Below are positions 35,816-49,796 of a stretch of 64,000 bases of DNA, in pieces. Where the stretch lies: positions 234,320-298,319 of the forward strand of contig NMRA01000084.1 of assembly GCA_002633005.1 (NCBI GenBank), read 5' to 3'. Position 1 is the stretch's first letter; each line of letters opens with the position of its first letter. A program made the translations under genes and the position numbers. This DNA comes from Phoronis australis. Taxonomy: Eukaryota > Animalia > Phoronida. Under the pieces are notes generated by a model that was not told where the DNA came from, did not search any database, and saw only the letters and a program-made list of their open reading frames with translations.

Positions 35816-37784
35816 ATAGCAGCAAATTTGCCGCAGCTGGTTAAATGGGGGTTAGTTGGTTGACGGACTATTTTTGCCTTTGCCATGCAATCACGGAATA
35901 ATTGTTCTGCTGCGCAATATTGGAAATGTAGTTTTTTAATTTGATAAAAGGCGGCACTACATTCAACCATCTCCAAGATACCTACACACGCTGAACAGGT
36001 GCAGCTAACAATGGCCAGTTAATTACAAACTGCCTCGCTTATTTTCAAAAGACGATACCCGTGGGCCAATTCTCGCACCTTTGAAGACGACGGTTGTGTA
36101 ACCCTGATACATTATGATCTGACATAATGCCGCACCAAATTGTGTAAAGGGCTACTCAGACAAATTCCTGTTTCGTGTGGTGGCTATGATGAAAAATTCC
36201 AGGCGGCGAGGAGACGTACAGAACGCGAAAGCTGTAGGAAGATGTTGTTTTGATATTGAATTCACATAGTAACCCGCATTAATCACCTTAAACAATTCAG
36301 CAACAAGAACCCTGTTCTTTCCTAGCTGTATAAAACATTCAATGATAATAAATTGTTTTCTAGCATTGAACTGAACTTATCAATGACATTGGCAATTCTA
36401 ACACCAAGATTGAACACATTGGATGAGTATACATTGTCTTATAGACAAAATGATTTTTGCATGTTTTGCTGGTCCCAACGACGGTTACTGCCCAATATGA
36501 TGTTTGAGAATACGAGCGCTCGACCATAGTGGTACAGTATTTATGATTCAAAATTTGATGTTTTCAATCGGCATTAATTTCAAAACGTTTAAAATAACGT
36601 TTCATTAGGAGTGACATCGAAGGTGAAACGAAGATAATGTAATATGAACACAAGAGATTATTTTGCTGCATCTGAGTTATCCTTAAAGAATTTGGGGTAC
36701 ATGCAAACCGAATAGTACACTATTTAGTATATGTTCAATGTTGACTAATGACGCCTGCTGGCACGCCAAGTTTCGTGGACAAATACTACTGTGTGCTTGG
36801 AGCTATTCATCAGCCTGAACAAGTTCTGTCTGTTCACTCTTTCTTCCGGCTTAATCATTGCAGAACTCGAATACGCGGACTGCGCCGTGCATGGTAAGCG
36901 CATTTGGAGGCCGCCTCTAAAGACACCACCAAAATTAGCATCTCCTCCCGGTGTCGTCTGTACGGCGAATTCAAAAACTGAGTGACCCCCCCCCATTTGC
37001 AGCATCCTAGATCCCCAATGAAAGTAAAATGGGCCTCTATTTGGAAATTGTCCGAATATCGCCCGCCCATTGATCTAATATTGGAGCCGAAATAAGCATT
37101 AATCTGCAGTTTGTTGGAGTTTGCAAAACGAACATGAACAGCGAGTGTCAACAAAGCTTTGTATGGAGATAATGCAATGTGCAAAACGTTAACGTTTTCC
37201 TGTTGTAGTTTATGGCAGTGTGTTTGTAGCTTCTGGCAATGCATATCGGACAAAATCAAAGCTGCGTTACCCCCAGTTTAGGGGGCTTAAAACGAAATCG
37301 CCGGACCTTTAAATCGGGAAAATCGCGCTCATAATATCCCTTGCCATGATCGACATGATTCGATATCCGTTACCAAAAACATTGAAGCCATCAACCATTC
37401 GAGAAAAAGTTTGTTTTTTTCGGATATTGGTCAACCCTAAGATTGCGAATTCGAAATTGCCACATGAACGCATTGTTTGTGACTTGAGTCGGTAAGAATG
37501 GACTCCTATTACGACAAAGAATATGTTGGATGCGATTTAAAGAGAGTAAAAGGCTTTTCGTTTTCAGCCTGAACAGAGAGGACACCAAACCGCAGCGAGA
37601 CAGCTTGTTGCTATGGCCACTTAATCCAACTCATCTCGTTTCTTACTCACGTTATTTCCGAGATCAGGCCCCGGACCAGGCCCACTAAGTTGTTTGCTAC
37701 AGCGGGTTAGTTACTGTACTTTACGACACTCAGAAGAATCCCAAATGATTCCAATGCAAACGATTATACACTAAGTCAAACAAA

Positions 37785-38043
37785 AATGCGCGCACCCAGT
37801 GGGGAGGGGGCAGGGGGCTCGAAGGAGCCCCCCCATTTGGCGAAGTGGGCAAAAAGGTCCGCCCCTGAGAGACAAAATGTCCGAGGAAATGGGAAAAAAG
37901 TCTAGTAAATAAGCGCATTCGTGCAATTCACAATAGTGCTCCCGTTTTTTTTTTAATCCGCCAGCTCTTTTGTCAGCAAAAGGTCCATGGTCCATAACGT
38001 CAGGAATTCGAGCCCCCCATTTCGAATGCTGGGTGCGCGCATG
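37785..38043. mobile_element. MITE, family M1, copy 2 (inverted relative to copy 1)
   Basis: Same TIRs and body as 3806-4027. AACAAA is duplicated at 37779-37784 and 38044-38049. Confidence 0.82.
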
Positions 38044-38728
38044 AACAAAGAATACGAAGGCAGTGCTTCGGAGTGTTTGTAAGTCCGTCTGTAAAGAAAG
38101 TTGGTGCTTTCAAAATCAGAACTGTGGTTTGCCATCAGTTTTAAAGGGACGTTATTGATCTTACGACTGGTCGTACGATTTAAAAAGCCAGGGTTTTTAG
38201 CTGGCCACGTACGACCGAAAAGAGCATTTTTGTGGGATCATTGTTCGTCCGGACGGCTGCTCGAAGGTTTCAGTTAAATTAGAGTTCCCAACAAAATGAC
38301 GGTTTTGTGTTTTTTTGTGATTTCATCAAAAATTGCCAACAGTCGCCGCTGTGTGCTAGAACGCTCGTCGCCGTAAAGGCCGGTTTTTCTTAACCTGGAT
38401 TATGTAGGGCTCTAGGCTTATGTCCAAATTTGGCTAACTACAGAATATCATATATCAGAAATGGCCGATCGGATTCTTATGGAGCTTTTAGTTCCTGTTC
38501 TGTTCTCCAAGACACTTTTGGGATGAAATCATCCGCTTTTGCATGAGGGTCGATCAAAAATGGGACTTGTGTTGTTTATGATAAAAGTCAGTGAAGTTAT
38601 TGAAATGATAGTTTAGAAAACTGTAACAGACGATTTTTGAGCCGGATTTCGACATGAGAGTGTTTATGGCAAAAGAAATGTGGTCATTTTGTTGATATCT
38701 TATGAACCTACCTTTCATTTAAAATGAA

Positions 38729-38811
38729 ACGGGACTGCCTACATGTCTCTTTATTAAAATTTAACTAAAATTTTTAGTTAAATTTTAATAAAGAGACATA
38801 GGCAGTCCCGT
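38729..38811. repeat. Near-perfect 83-bp palindrome
   Basis: ACGGGACTGCCT(AC)ATGTCTCTTTATTAAAATTTAACTAAAA-T-TTTTAGTTAAATTTTAATAAAGAGACATAGGCAGTCCCGT. Confidence 0.95.
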
Positions 38812-39668
38812 GACCTAAATCATGACAGATTGGTATAAAGTCCATACATTCTTCTGGCCTTCTACTTTCAGAAAATATTTACATTCACTGAGTTCAAATC
38901 AGTACTTGCGTTACATTTGGCTGAATGCTCAGACTTATCGCCAGCCTGCCATTCGATTGAGGTTTAGTTCTGCCAGCAGAACGTTAGCATATGCGACTGA
39001 GGGATGTTCCTGGTCTGATTACCTACTAAGGCTGATTTCAGAAAACCCCATTTCTCGTCAGTGATGACCCTTTAACTTACGGTACCAACGGTACCGTATA
39101 CCCAACAAACTGTACACATTGGTCCATAAATGACCATGTCACGTGTTCATTTGAGAGAGCCCCCTTACATGTACTCCCGGAATTGCTGTTGAAGTATTAG
39201 AAAGGCTCTGGTGTTTACTACAAGAAATTCCTGGTACCCATGCTTCCATTGTCGGTGCGTGGGGCACTTAAGCGCTCAGTAAGAAAGTACCTCAGTTAAG
39301 AAATAAAAAGCCTTCGCTACAACTCTCTCGGCCGTACTCTTTCACAAAGTAGACCACGTGTTTGAGGTGAAAGTTTTCCCCACACCTGCAGACGATCATC
39401 TAACTTCAAGCTGTGGTCACAGTTACCGTTTTGAAACTTGTTTCTAATATTAATAGCTGAAAGTTTATGATTTATGAGCAGTCGTCAGGTGGCGACAGCG
39501 TCTTGTCGATCAGTCGGCCCACGTAATACGCTATAGTGTTGGCTTGCGAAGGACATGTAAACGTAGGACGACATCGATAAATAATCATAAAACTAAACAT
39601 TGTGGATTTTAACCCTGTAAAAGTATATATTTCCTTAAAGAACCAAGCCTGTAGAAATCGATTTTGAC

Positions 39669-39818
39669 TTTTTACCAAGCTCACATAAACTGGGTCACGA
39701 TACCATGTTTTTACCAAGCTCCACGGTACCATATTTTTACCAAGCTCACATGAATTGGGTCACGTTACCATGTTTTTACCAAACTCACATAAAATTGAGT
39801 CACGTTACCATGTTTTTT
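39669..39818. repeat. Short tandem repeat, ~4 units of 26-40 bp
   Basis: TTTTTACCAAGCTCACAT...GGGTCACG(A/T)TACCATG repeated. Confidence 0.85.
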
Positions 39819-39854
39819 CAGTGAAAGTTAACAAAAAGAAAACAAATCGATTGC

Positions 39855-40200
39855 AGAACAACGGTATCAATAACATGACCAAATTTAGCTCGATAAAAGT
39901 TTTCAAGATGAAATCTTAAGAAGTTTGATACTGTTTTCTAAATTATCATTTAATTTCATCTGATACAACTTTTGATTTTTTCTAAAAAATCACAAAAGTC
40001 TTATTTTTTGATAACCCCTCAGGCAAAAGTGGAAAATTTTAAAAACAATTCTTATCAGATTTTTGGAGAACAGTGCATACACGTACATGTACGGTACGGC
40101 GTCTGAAAGTTTCATACGAATCCGATCAACCATTTCTGAGACATGATGTTCCAAAATTTGCCAAATTTGGTCATTTATTTTTCGAAGGTCCTACACATTA
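39855..40200 (+). repeat. Dispersed repeat, diverged direct copy of 48565-48903
   Basis: Shared blocks GGTATCAATAACATGA, TTTTGGAGAACAGTGCA, GATCAACCATT..CTGAGACATG and GGTCCTACA. Confidence 0.7.
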
Positions 40201-42536
40201 ATGAGGGCAGAGGGCACTAATATTTTTAATATTAAAATGATGATACCTGTGCTAAATATCCTGCCACGTTGAGGGTTACGACCTTAAACATTAAAAAAAA
40301 ATGTTCCTGGATTAACTAAGAGGTCTTACAAGGGTAAGTTCGCTCTAATTACAAACACTCATAATGGAAGTGAAATTCGTTATTCAGTGTTTCAGTCCAA
40401 TCACAACAACTGAACGACAATGAACACCGACATGACTGAAGTGTTTGATTCAGTGTCGACGGTTAAAGTGTAGAGATCAAAACAGAAGCGGTTCCTGGAA
40501 TCTTGGCATCATATTGTCGAAGATTTTATGAATTAACCGACGTACAATGAACTATTCGTAAACGAAGCACAAGAATTTGCCATTTACCAGACACTCATTG
40601 ATTGACCCCGTTTCATCAATTTTGAAACAATTTAAACAGCTCATTATATTTCACATCGCTTTAATTAGTAATAATGACTCAAACAATACTTATTTAAAGC
40701 TGGGTCTAAGGTAGCAAGTGTCAATATTCATGAGTGCCCGAATTACTCACGTTCCATCAAATAACATGTTCACTATCGTATGAATCCGCAAAATACATGT
40801 ATTCATTCATTTTCTGAATCATCCACGCCAGAAGCTGTTAGAACCCGTGCCTTTCATAGCATCGTTCAGAGTCACGTGACCTTTGCTTTACAGAGAATTA
40901 TTTGTTTGCTTTAAACACGAGTTTTGAAGCAACTGAATGACAAGAAAGGTTACGTTTTAGCCAAACATTTGGAATTTTCAAACGCATTATTTCTGAACAT
41001 TATCTGGTACACTACAAAACCTTCAATTCGACTATGGTTTTATAGTTTGAATAAATGACGTTCGCCTCATTCCTTCCAGGTATAAGCCTAGTTTGCATTC
41101 TGTCGGCGTGTACAAAAGCAATTACATGAAATTAATATATAGCGTTCACAAAACGTGTTGTATGATAACATCTCGTCAATTTTTAGCAAAAAAATGTCGA
41201 AGCGATGTTCATTTTCTAACCACTACACCTCAGAGTACCACACTAACAATATACATGTTCCTAGTTCAATCCCAGCTTGGGCCAAGAAAAAATAAAAATG
41301 AGCCCATCATTGACCACCTTGAGTGTACCATACACCTGTGCTCATTCTTTTAATAATGATTAACACCTGAAGATGGTCGGAGAAGTGGGTGACGTTATGC
41401 CATAGCGGTGTTAGGAAGATAAAAATCTCTAACAAAGCGGCGGGCTGAGAATGTCGAGGTCGTGAGCTATGGGCTAATATAAGAAAAATGATTTCTTGTC
41501 AATTGTAAGGATTCATATACTTTTTATGGGTGATTCAGGTACATAGAGTTTAATGATCTGGGCTGGGTTGCGTAAAGCGTCAAAACGTATCCGCTGGATA
41601 ATTTTGAATGTTGCATGGCGTTAAATAGAGCAAGGTGGCGCGTGATAATGCGACGTTACTGTTGCTACTCAGTGGGTAACTTTTAAGCAACAAGACACTG
41701 GTGTGTAGTTCTTTTTCATTTTTTTTTGACGAAGCGTTTGCGATAGGACACCTTCAAACTGATTACAATTATACACACGGATGCATTGAATTGACAGAAA
41801 TATCTCATCCTGAAACCCAAAACGCCCGTCACTCTACGCAAGCACAAGCGATTAGAAAAGCATGTTCATACTCCATCTTTTAGTGAATAAAACAAGGATC
41901 TGGCTTCATCAATAACCAGTTAATCGGCACTTACAGTTTCGTGCACCACTCGGTCTTTGTATCATGTTCCCAGTACAATTAATATCATCCTAGAAATTAT
42001 ACTTGTATCAAATAAAAAGACCAGTTTTCATTAGAATTAGCTGCTAATTGAACTAAGTATCGTTTCCTATTAAGTCAGGCCGTGCTGTAACGCCAAAGTG
42101 ACTTAGTCTTAATTAACTGGTTCGCTACTGAAGCATACTTTGAGCTAATTGCGGAAGAATTTGGGGAACATCTTGTTAAATGAAGTGTTACGAACGTCCT
42201 TGTGATCTTCACTTATTGCTACGATACTTATTAATTCTGGGGCTTTAATATTTTCATTATTGCTATGAACCACGTTTACTTGTGATATTATCTCATCTAC
42301 TGTAGCTTGTGTCCTATTTCCTTGTACTATCCATTGGAACCACCAGTGTTTGCGGCCACATTACTGTCATACATTATCCGAGTTCAAAGAAACATTTTCG
42401 GTGAGGAAAATGATTTTCTGTGAACTGCCTCAACCCGTATTCGAACATGCACAGACCCCTGCGGTCACAGTTTAACGTTCTTTTGGCGGACCTAAATCCC
42501 AAGGGATAAATGGCAGAATATTTTAAGCGTATTTGT

Positions 42537-42720
42537 CTGGTTAGTCACCGGCGTTGATTTCAGCGGATATCTGACAGACGTCAGGGAGAATTGGGGATTT
42601 GTAATAAAATCATAAAAACACAGCGCACTTAGGCCTAGTTGTTTTTAGCACTAGTCAAAGCTAATAACTTCTAGAATTCTCTTCACCCGACAATAATACC
42701 AAAATGTTTTGTTCGGCCAT
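42537..42720 (+). repeat. Dispersed repeat, diverged direct copy of 47635-47800
   Basis: Shared blocks CTGGTTA..TCACCGGC, AATTGGGGATTTGTAATAAAA and TTCGGCC. Confidence 0.6.
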
Positions 42721-45700
42721 GCAGCCGAATCCCTTTAACTAACATTATAGTTCTAATATTATATCAATATTGGTATCATTGTTATTGATGATGTTATCAC
42801 CAATGCTATTGTCGTCGCTGCTTAAGGATTGTAGTCGTGTTGTCACCACATTTTGATATCTCCGTTTGTCATAGTCATTGTCATTATGACAAAATATTGT
42901 TTCTATTGCCACACATTCCCCAGGTTTTACCCAAGGCAAACTGTGTCTTCCAAGCGGAGGAAAACCGAAACACGTGTTGTACGGACGTCACGACACAGTC
43001 TAGCACTATTTAAAAATGATTGATGAATGCAGCTACACAGGTCGGATTTGAATCGCAGCTAATTTCCGTCACTAATTCTGTATTCGTTTTTAAAAAGGAA
43101 TTATGACGTGCTGCACGAGATTGGGCGTGTCCTAAATATAACAACAGCGACCCAGTGAATGTGACAGAGGAAGGCAAGTTTTGACTCGAACGCATACTGC
43201 AGTAATAGAACGAGATGGGGTTAAATTCTCTCAGCCTACGGTAAACTGTATGAAACACTCCTCAGTAATAGAAACAGTGAGTAAAGCCAATGATCTTCAG
43301 AGCTCACATGTTCCGTGTGTTTACCGGGTCCACCTGTGTCTAGAAGGGTTTTGTATACTCGCTACCGAGTTGGGGGATAGAGAAACGTGTTGCTTGAAAT
43401 GCCGCGTTAATGTTTCTGCGATAAGTCCCACGCTCGAAACATTCCACAACAGCCGGGTTATTAAGTTTTCCAAAAGAATACTGACGACGGAATACTTTAC
43501 TTTGGGATAACCGTATAAGTTCTACTGTAGGGAACGGAACTGGCAAATCTGTTAGTGTATATAAATCTGCTACAGCTTCTACAATGTATTATTGTTTTAC
43601 GTCTTGTTAATATGTTAGTCCTTTAATTAGTTTTCGTTATTTTCTTTGTGTTATTGCTCGTTATTATATTTCCACTTCTGAGTTTATATATGCCTAGATA
43701 CAATGATACGTTTTCTGAGCTAATTCTCTATGCCATTATTGTATGGTCTTCCTCTTGTGTTCCAGATAAATTCGACATTTACAAAATAAAAATCCTTTCT
43801 GATGGCATGAACATCCGGTTTTGAACTTGAAATCCCCTCAAACTTATAAAGGAATTGGAATCGCGCTTTCTCTGTCTTGTGGTTTGAATATGCATATTCT
43901 CATTAAATTGTGTATATGCAAGTGAAGAATTAATTTACAAACAATTCGGGGGTCCTGCAGTGTGCCGGAAACCATCCGAGAACCAGTTACGATTACAATC
44001 TTGCGAAAATCTCGTTTTGCGAGACTATTTTCATGTAAATGAGTGCCGTAATATTTCATCGTTACCATATTGAAACAAGGAACCGTTACAGTATACAGAT
44101 TATTTCACTATAAAATAACGATTGCGTAATATTTGGAATTACTAAAGTTTTCAATATGTTCAAATGAAGTGCATAAGTTGTGGTGTTTTCTTTAAACCGC
44201 AGTTTATTTAAACATTGTTTTTCCTGATTATCATGTACACACAATTCTACAAAAAGTCACTAGGTGGCGCTTGCTACAAATTTAAATATTCACGGTTTTA
44301 ATGAGACAGAGCATCTTTAAGGACACTTGTTAAGATCAGAATTTTTCAAAAACCTTTGCAAACCATTGACATGCTGCTTCGGTTTAAAGTAACCACTTAC
44401 AGCTGTGAGAACTTAAAATCCCTTTTGTATTTATGCAACTGAGACCTTTTTCATGGAAAATGTTTACTACTAAGTTTTTAGAAATATCATTGCATTTCAA
44501 TAAGCGATTTCCGTTTGTAGAAATCCCCAAGCACGGCGTAAGCCACTCGGCATGGAATTAGCTGCGGTATCAATTTCATGATATTACATTAAGACTTGTC
44601 TTCGTTTTATTAGCAACAAAAATAATTAGCAATAAGCTTTTGTGATGAAGTAGCATTGAATAACCTTAATTACCATCTGATTCGACATGTGAATACAAAT
44701 TGTAAAAGACAATATTATGCTGCACATAGATTTGAGCCATAGAAAACGCGGAATCATTGACAATCTTTACTGCTAAGGAATGTAAGAGCACTGAATTTGA
44801 ATGTCTCAAGAATATTGTCAGTAAAATGTATGGAACACCCCTGCCTGTCTAAGAATTTGTGCCTACATGAATTAACCAGTAATACGGGGTTTTCACTGTG
44901 GGTGTTTGTGTGTCGATCGTAGTAAACAGTACCACAACAAACGGTCTTCATTGAGTGTTCAGTGCAGATTACTTCGTCAAATGAGTCCGCGTTATTCTGC
45001 GGACGTGTGTATCTTGAGTATCGCTGTCATGGGATTCTCCTTCACGTAATATTGGAAATTGGGTAGTCAACTCAATAAAACGTGTTGAAAACGCAGTGTC
45101 ATGCTTGAGACAAAACGTCTTCCGTTACACCACCTCCTATCCCCCGGCATCCCCTCGTCGCCGCTTGCGCTTTCTATTTGCAAGCGAGACAGTATGACCA
45201 CTGTCACAAAGTGAAAATGTCTACCCCTGACAGGCAATCCGAGAGACCTGGCGTGATCGTCGACTGAATCCCGCAAGTCAAAACTGGAGAAGTGATGGGT
45301 TTCCACATAGCCACGCTACACACAAGTCTGAGGATATGTTTCAACGAGTTTGAAATCTACTTGCTGGTTCATAAATGGGTGAAGGCAGCTGCAAAATTTA
45401 TATGTGTACATATACAGCCACCGACCGTTTCGTTTAATTGCTCTGAAACACATGCCCCTGAATTACAATTGTTTCAGTATTGCCAGCAACTTGTATTGAA
45501 ACGCGGACACCCACCAAAATGTTCGCTTAAACAATAAAGTCCGCTATATATGTGACTGCAGTATAACGAGGTCAATTGTATTTGTAACTAACAATTCCAA
45601 ATAAGCTTATTTTCTACAAATTTTCAACCACAGGTAAAATCAATAGTTACTCCTTTGCTACTGACGTCAGTATCAAAATGCTCACGTGATGCATGTTGTC

Positions 45701-48700
45701 CACGCATTAAACAGCTTTCAAATAATTGTAGAATAAAATGTTAGTAACCCAGCATCGATTCAAATCAACCCTTATTGCGGCCCTCACAGGTCTTGACACT
45801 GTCTACAAAGCGTTCACCATGCACCGCAAGAACTCTCACCACGCGCAGATGACCCTTACCTCCACATACATTAATGTCAACCCTGTGAACGTTCTCGAAT
45901 ACGGTTGTACTTTACCGTACCGTAAAAGGGATGCTTTTCATACGGGACACCTCGGTTAGCATTTCGTAGCATCTAAGTGAGCGTTATCTGTTCATGAGCG
46001 GACTTCTGTCACACTGTAAGTCATGTAACTTTCAAACCGGAAAATGATTTGTCGTATGACAAAATTTCGCGCATGCGAAGATAAAGTACACCCCGAGGCA
46101 AAATTTGAGGCTACGAAATGAACAGTAAGAAGGTTCCCGGTGTTATTCTGCTTGGTATAGGGGCTACGCTCCGTGTTACCTTAGCAGCCCCTAGTAGGGC
46201 TTCCGTTGTCACACCTGGTGAATAAGTCAATTATGAATTCTCACTACCTTCGCTACGGGCCAGCGGTTACGACTTCACGTCAGGTAAACAACACGCAGTC
46301 AACGCCTGCTGGACTTTAATCAGTTGATTTGAATTTGAACCCTTTTTATTATAGGTAACTCATTGAAAGCTCACTGTGAGGCGACGCAAAATTAGTGCCG
46401 TTTACAAATAATGCACATCACGTGACAGCATTAATCAATAAACTCATTCGGAAAATAAAGAACTCCCTTTGATGTTCAAAACCGTCCAAGCACTTATCAT
46501 GCGTTTCATTCGTCATATTAAATTAAATAACTTCAGAGCGCATTGTTCAAGCGTAAGACGATTTCATTGTTTATCAATAGCCAAAAGCTGTAAAAAATCA
46601 ACCTTACGAATTGCTACCACGCAAACGGTGTCCTGAAATACGACGCAAACGTCTTGTTATGGAAGCCACTGTGATCGCATGCTTCGCCTTGTACATGGCG
46701 ATATCTCGCGAAGTTTTGCTTGTTCTTGAGTTTTTGCGAGTTTCCCGCCCTACCTCTACGAAACGCACACCGGGTTATACATGTTCCTGAAGAAAAATTA
46801 CGTGGATACCGCAGGGACCAATTTAGGAAAATGTGGCCATAGGTCCTCACCATGTGCCAATTTAAAGGGCATGTTAGTCACGTTAATATTTTGTGTCCTT
46901 TACCAATTTTTGGGACGGGGCGGCATTAACCATTAAAACTCATGTATTTTCACTACATGCCAAACCACGCACCTCTGACATTGTTGTTCTGATCACTTGA
47001 CTGACATTATGAACTAGGTATATTCAAAACAAAACACACAGGAGGCGTGATTGTAACTCAGTTTTAGTGCCTCACTCCCCCCCGTGTTGTCCGCGTCAAG
47101 CAATGAGAGCGCGTCAACGAAACATATTAAGCGCCAATGGCGCTCCTAAAATTACCCATGGCAGAGCTGGTATACACTTACAGAGGCTCCCAATGAAGGC
47201 GATAAACACTCTCCCTTAGTCGATAGCACACTGATTATGGAAAAAATATTAAGCTAAGCTTGCGTGACAAACATCAAAGAGACCGCTGTTTTAAATCCAA
47301 GAAAATTCATTATAAACTGCATTATATGGCAAAATCAATGTGTTAATACAAGCGGTCGCGTTAGATGCTGAGAATTGGGATCACAACGAGGCATTTTTTA
47401 TCAGCAAGGAAAACCACTAGAACACATGTCGCATTTTTATTGAAAAATGAACTAACAGTCATCAGAATATTTCTGGAGGCCGACATAAAGTGACATTCTC
47501 GGCGAGAATAGAACTTTTCTGAGATCAGCCATGACGCGAAATCGATCCCACAACGTCAGCAGTCGTCGTCCAACGCTTTTCTGGTGGAGCTAAAACCCAC
47601 TTGACAAAAGGCAGAAGATCTTAAGAATATTTAACTGGTTAAATCACCGGCCTTGCTACCAGGGAATGATTGTTAGATGACAATTGGGGATTTGTAATAA
47701 AACTACAAGAACATCACAAATTGTGTTGTTTCATAGCTCCTGTCAAGGCTGAGAAGTCTACCCCTTCCAAAATAATCCCCAAAACGCGTTTTTCGGCCGT
47801 AAAATCGATTAGGTTTATGTTGTTTATGATGGAAATTTATCGCATGGTGTTACCATTATTTTATGAGCAGACTTTGCATGGTACATTCGTGCTCTTTTAC
47901 ACATACGAGTACAGCTGTATGTACCAACGCTTCGGTGACTGCATTGTTGCTGTTAGTTTTAAACATGTACCTCTTGAAAATGGCACGTCGATGCTTTCAA
48001 AATGAGATCCGTTCAGTTTTAACGAATTAAATTATAGATGATTAAAATCACTTGATACGAAAAGATGCTAACTTTCATTTATAACACCTTCAGTTTGAAA
48101 GAATAACATGTAATTTTCAACAGTGCAGTCAGAATGTACGAAGAACAATTAAGAAAAATATTCAATCAACTACGCTACTAGACTTAGACGGTATTTTTAT
48201 GTTGGACAACATTGCGTTGTAGCACTGCCTCAAAGCCCGGCCTTGTATTGCAAAAGACATGTATATTGGCCCTAACTATTCCCTATACGCTCAAAGACTG
48301 AGACCATAGACATCATGGATGTCTAAAGTCAAATGATGTAAAAGCAATCAATATTAAAGGTTACGTACAATGTGGGATCTTATAGACAAGTCAGAGTATC
48401 CAGGCAAATACCCACAAAACTGTAGATTTCAACTGAGTAAAAGAACATTTTTGTCAAAGAAGAACGCTTGGAAAATTCGAGTTTAGACTTTTTATCAATA
48501 CGTCGTTAATTGGGTGACGTAACTATATCTTTTTGTAACATTTAGCAAAAATGGCACTCTGGGTGCAAAACAATGGTATCAATAACATGATCAAAGTTTA
48601 TTTGATATAATTGTTCAAGATGGGAACTCAAGAACTCTGTTATAGTTTTCTAAAATATAATTTCAAATATAATTTCAAATTTAATTTCGTTTTTCGTTTC

Positions 48701-49311
48701 ATGGAGCTTTATATTTTTTCGTGAAAATCACTAAAGTTCTGTTTTTGATAAAATTTCAGACAAAAGTGGAACACTTTGAAAAATGTTCCTGACAGCGTTT
48801 TGGAGAACAGTGCACACAGAATAGTATCTGATCAACCATTTCTGAGACATGGTGTTACGAAGTTAGCCAATTTTAGACATTTTTCTAGGGTCCTACATAA
48901 CCGTTACGAAATGCTCATATTTTGTGGTTTGCTGACGGTTACCCTAGATAGCCGACTACAATATAGAAAATTGACGGTAACAGAACATTTCACGTGCTTA
49001 AAAACTAATATAAAATGGGCATTCTCTACATTTATTTAGAAATGTTAAAATAAATTATGAGATGTTTTTCTATAGATGTGCCTTTCGTTTTGGTAAAATT
49101 CACTAAAACATGGACACGTGAACCAATTAATTACAGTTCGGTAGAAAGAAAAAATCGAACTCTATAGGCTTTCTATTTTCAGAAAAATTATTCTTTTGTC
49201 GAGTTAAAATCTATAATTTTGTAAACATTTCGCTAAATACACACACAAGGTCCTACATAACCTGCAGTAAACGCACGTTTACAGGGAACGAAAAAAAATC
49301 AAATTTTACAT

Positions 49312-49317
49312 TTTATT
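49312..49317 (-). terminator. Candidate Hox1 polyadenylation signal
   Basis: AATAAA on the minus strand ~480 nt past the stop, followed by a U-rich tract. Confidence 0.55.
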
Positions 49318-49796
49318 GGGATGACGACAGGAACATTAATAAATAACCAATAAAAGTATCAACATTAAAAATGACAAGAGACCAAGGCACAGGGACAACA
49401 CCATAGCACAGATATACATACACAGAACAGATTAATATTTACATTGAACTCATTTCGAGAGCCGATAAACTAGTCCTAGTGTGGGAATCAGACGCCTGGT
49501 GTACGTCATGTCTTTTTATGTACAGTTCGACTAGAAATCACCCAAGGTTTCAGCCCAGCATGGCTGACAAGGATTTGCACATAAGTCTCCGAGATTCGTA
49601 TTGACAAAGTTAGAAAAAACAACATAGGAAGAGTAAGCACCCGCCAAAGAGAGCGCTACATATGCGTGCTCACGTGTTCGCAACCGGCTGCAGGAAAATT
49701 CAAGATGGTCGCTTCAGTCGCCATCCTGAAAAAATTCCAAGGGACCGGTATGCTGGACATCTGAAGCACTGACCCGTCTAGCACTGTCAATCTGCA

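Noticed and set aside
38729-38811. Hox-cluster microRNA (miR-10 family)
   Set aside because: There is no TACCCTGTAGA-type mature sequence in a hairpin, the loop is 1 nt, and miR-10 normally lies near Hox4.
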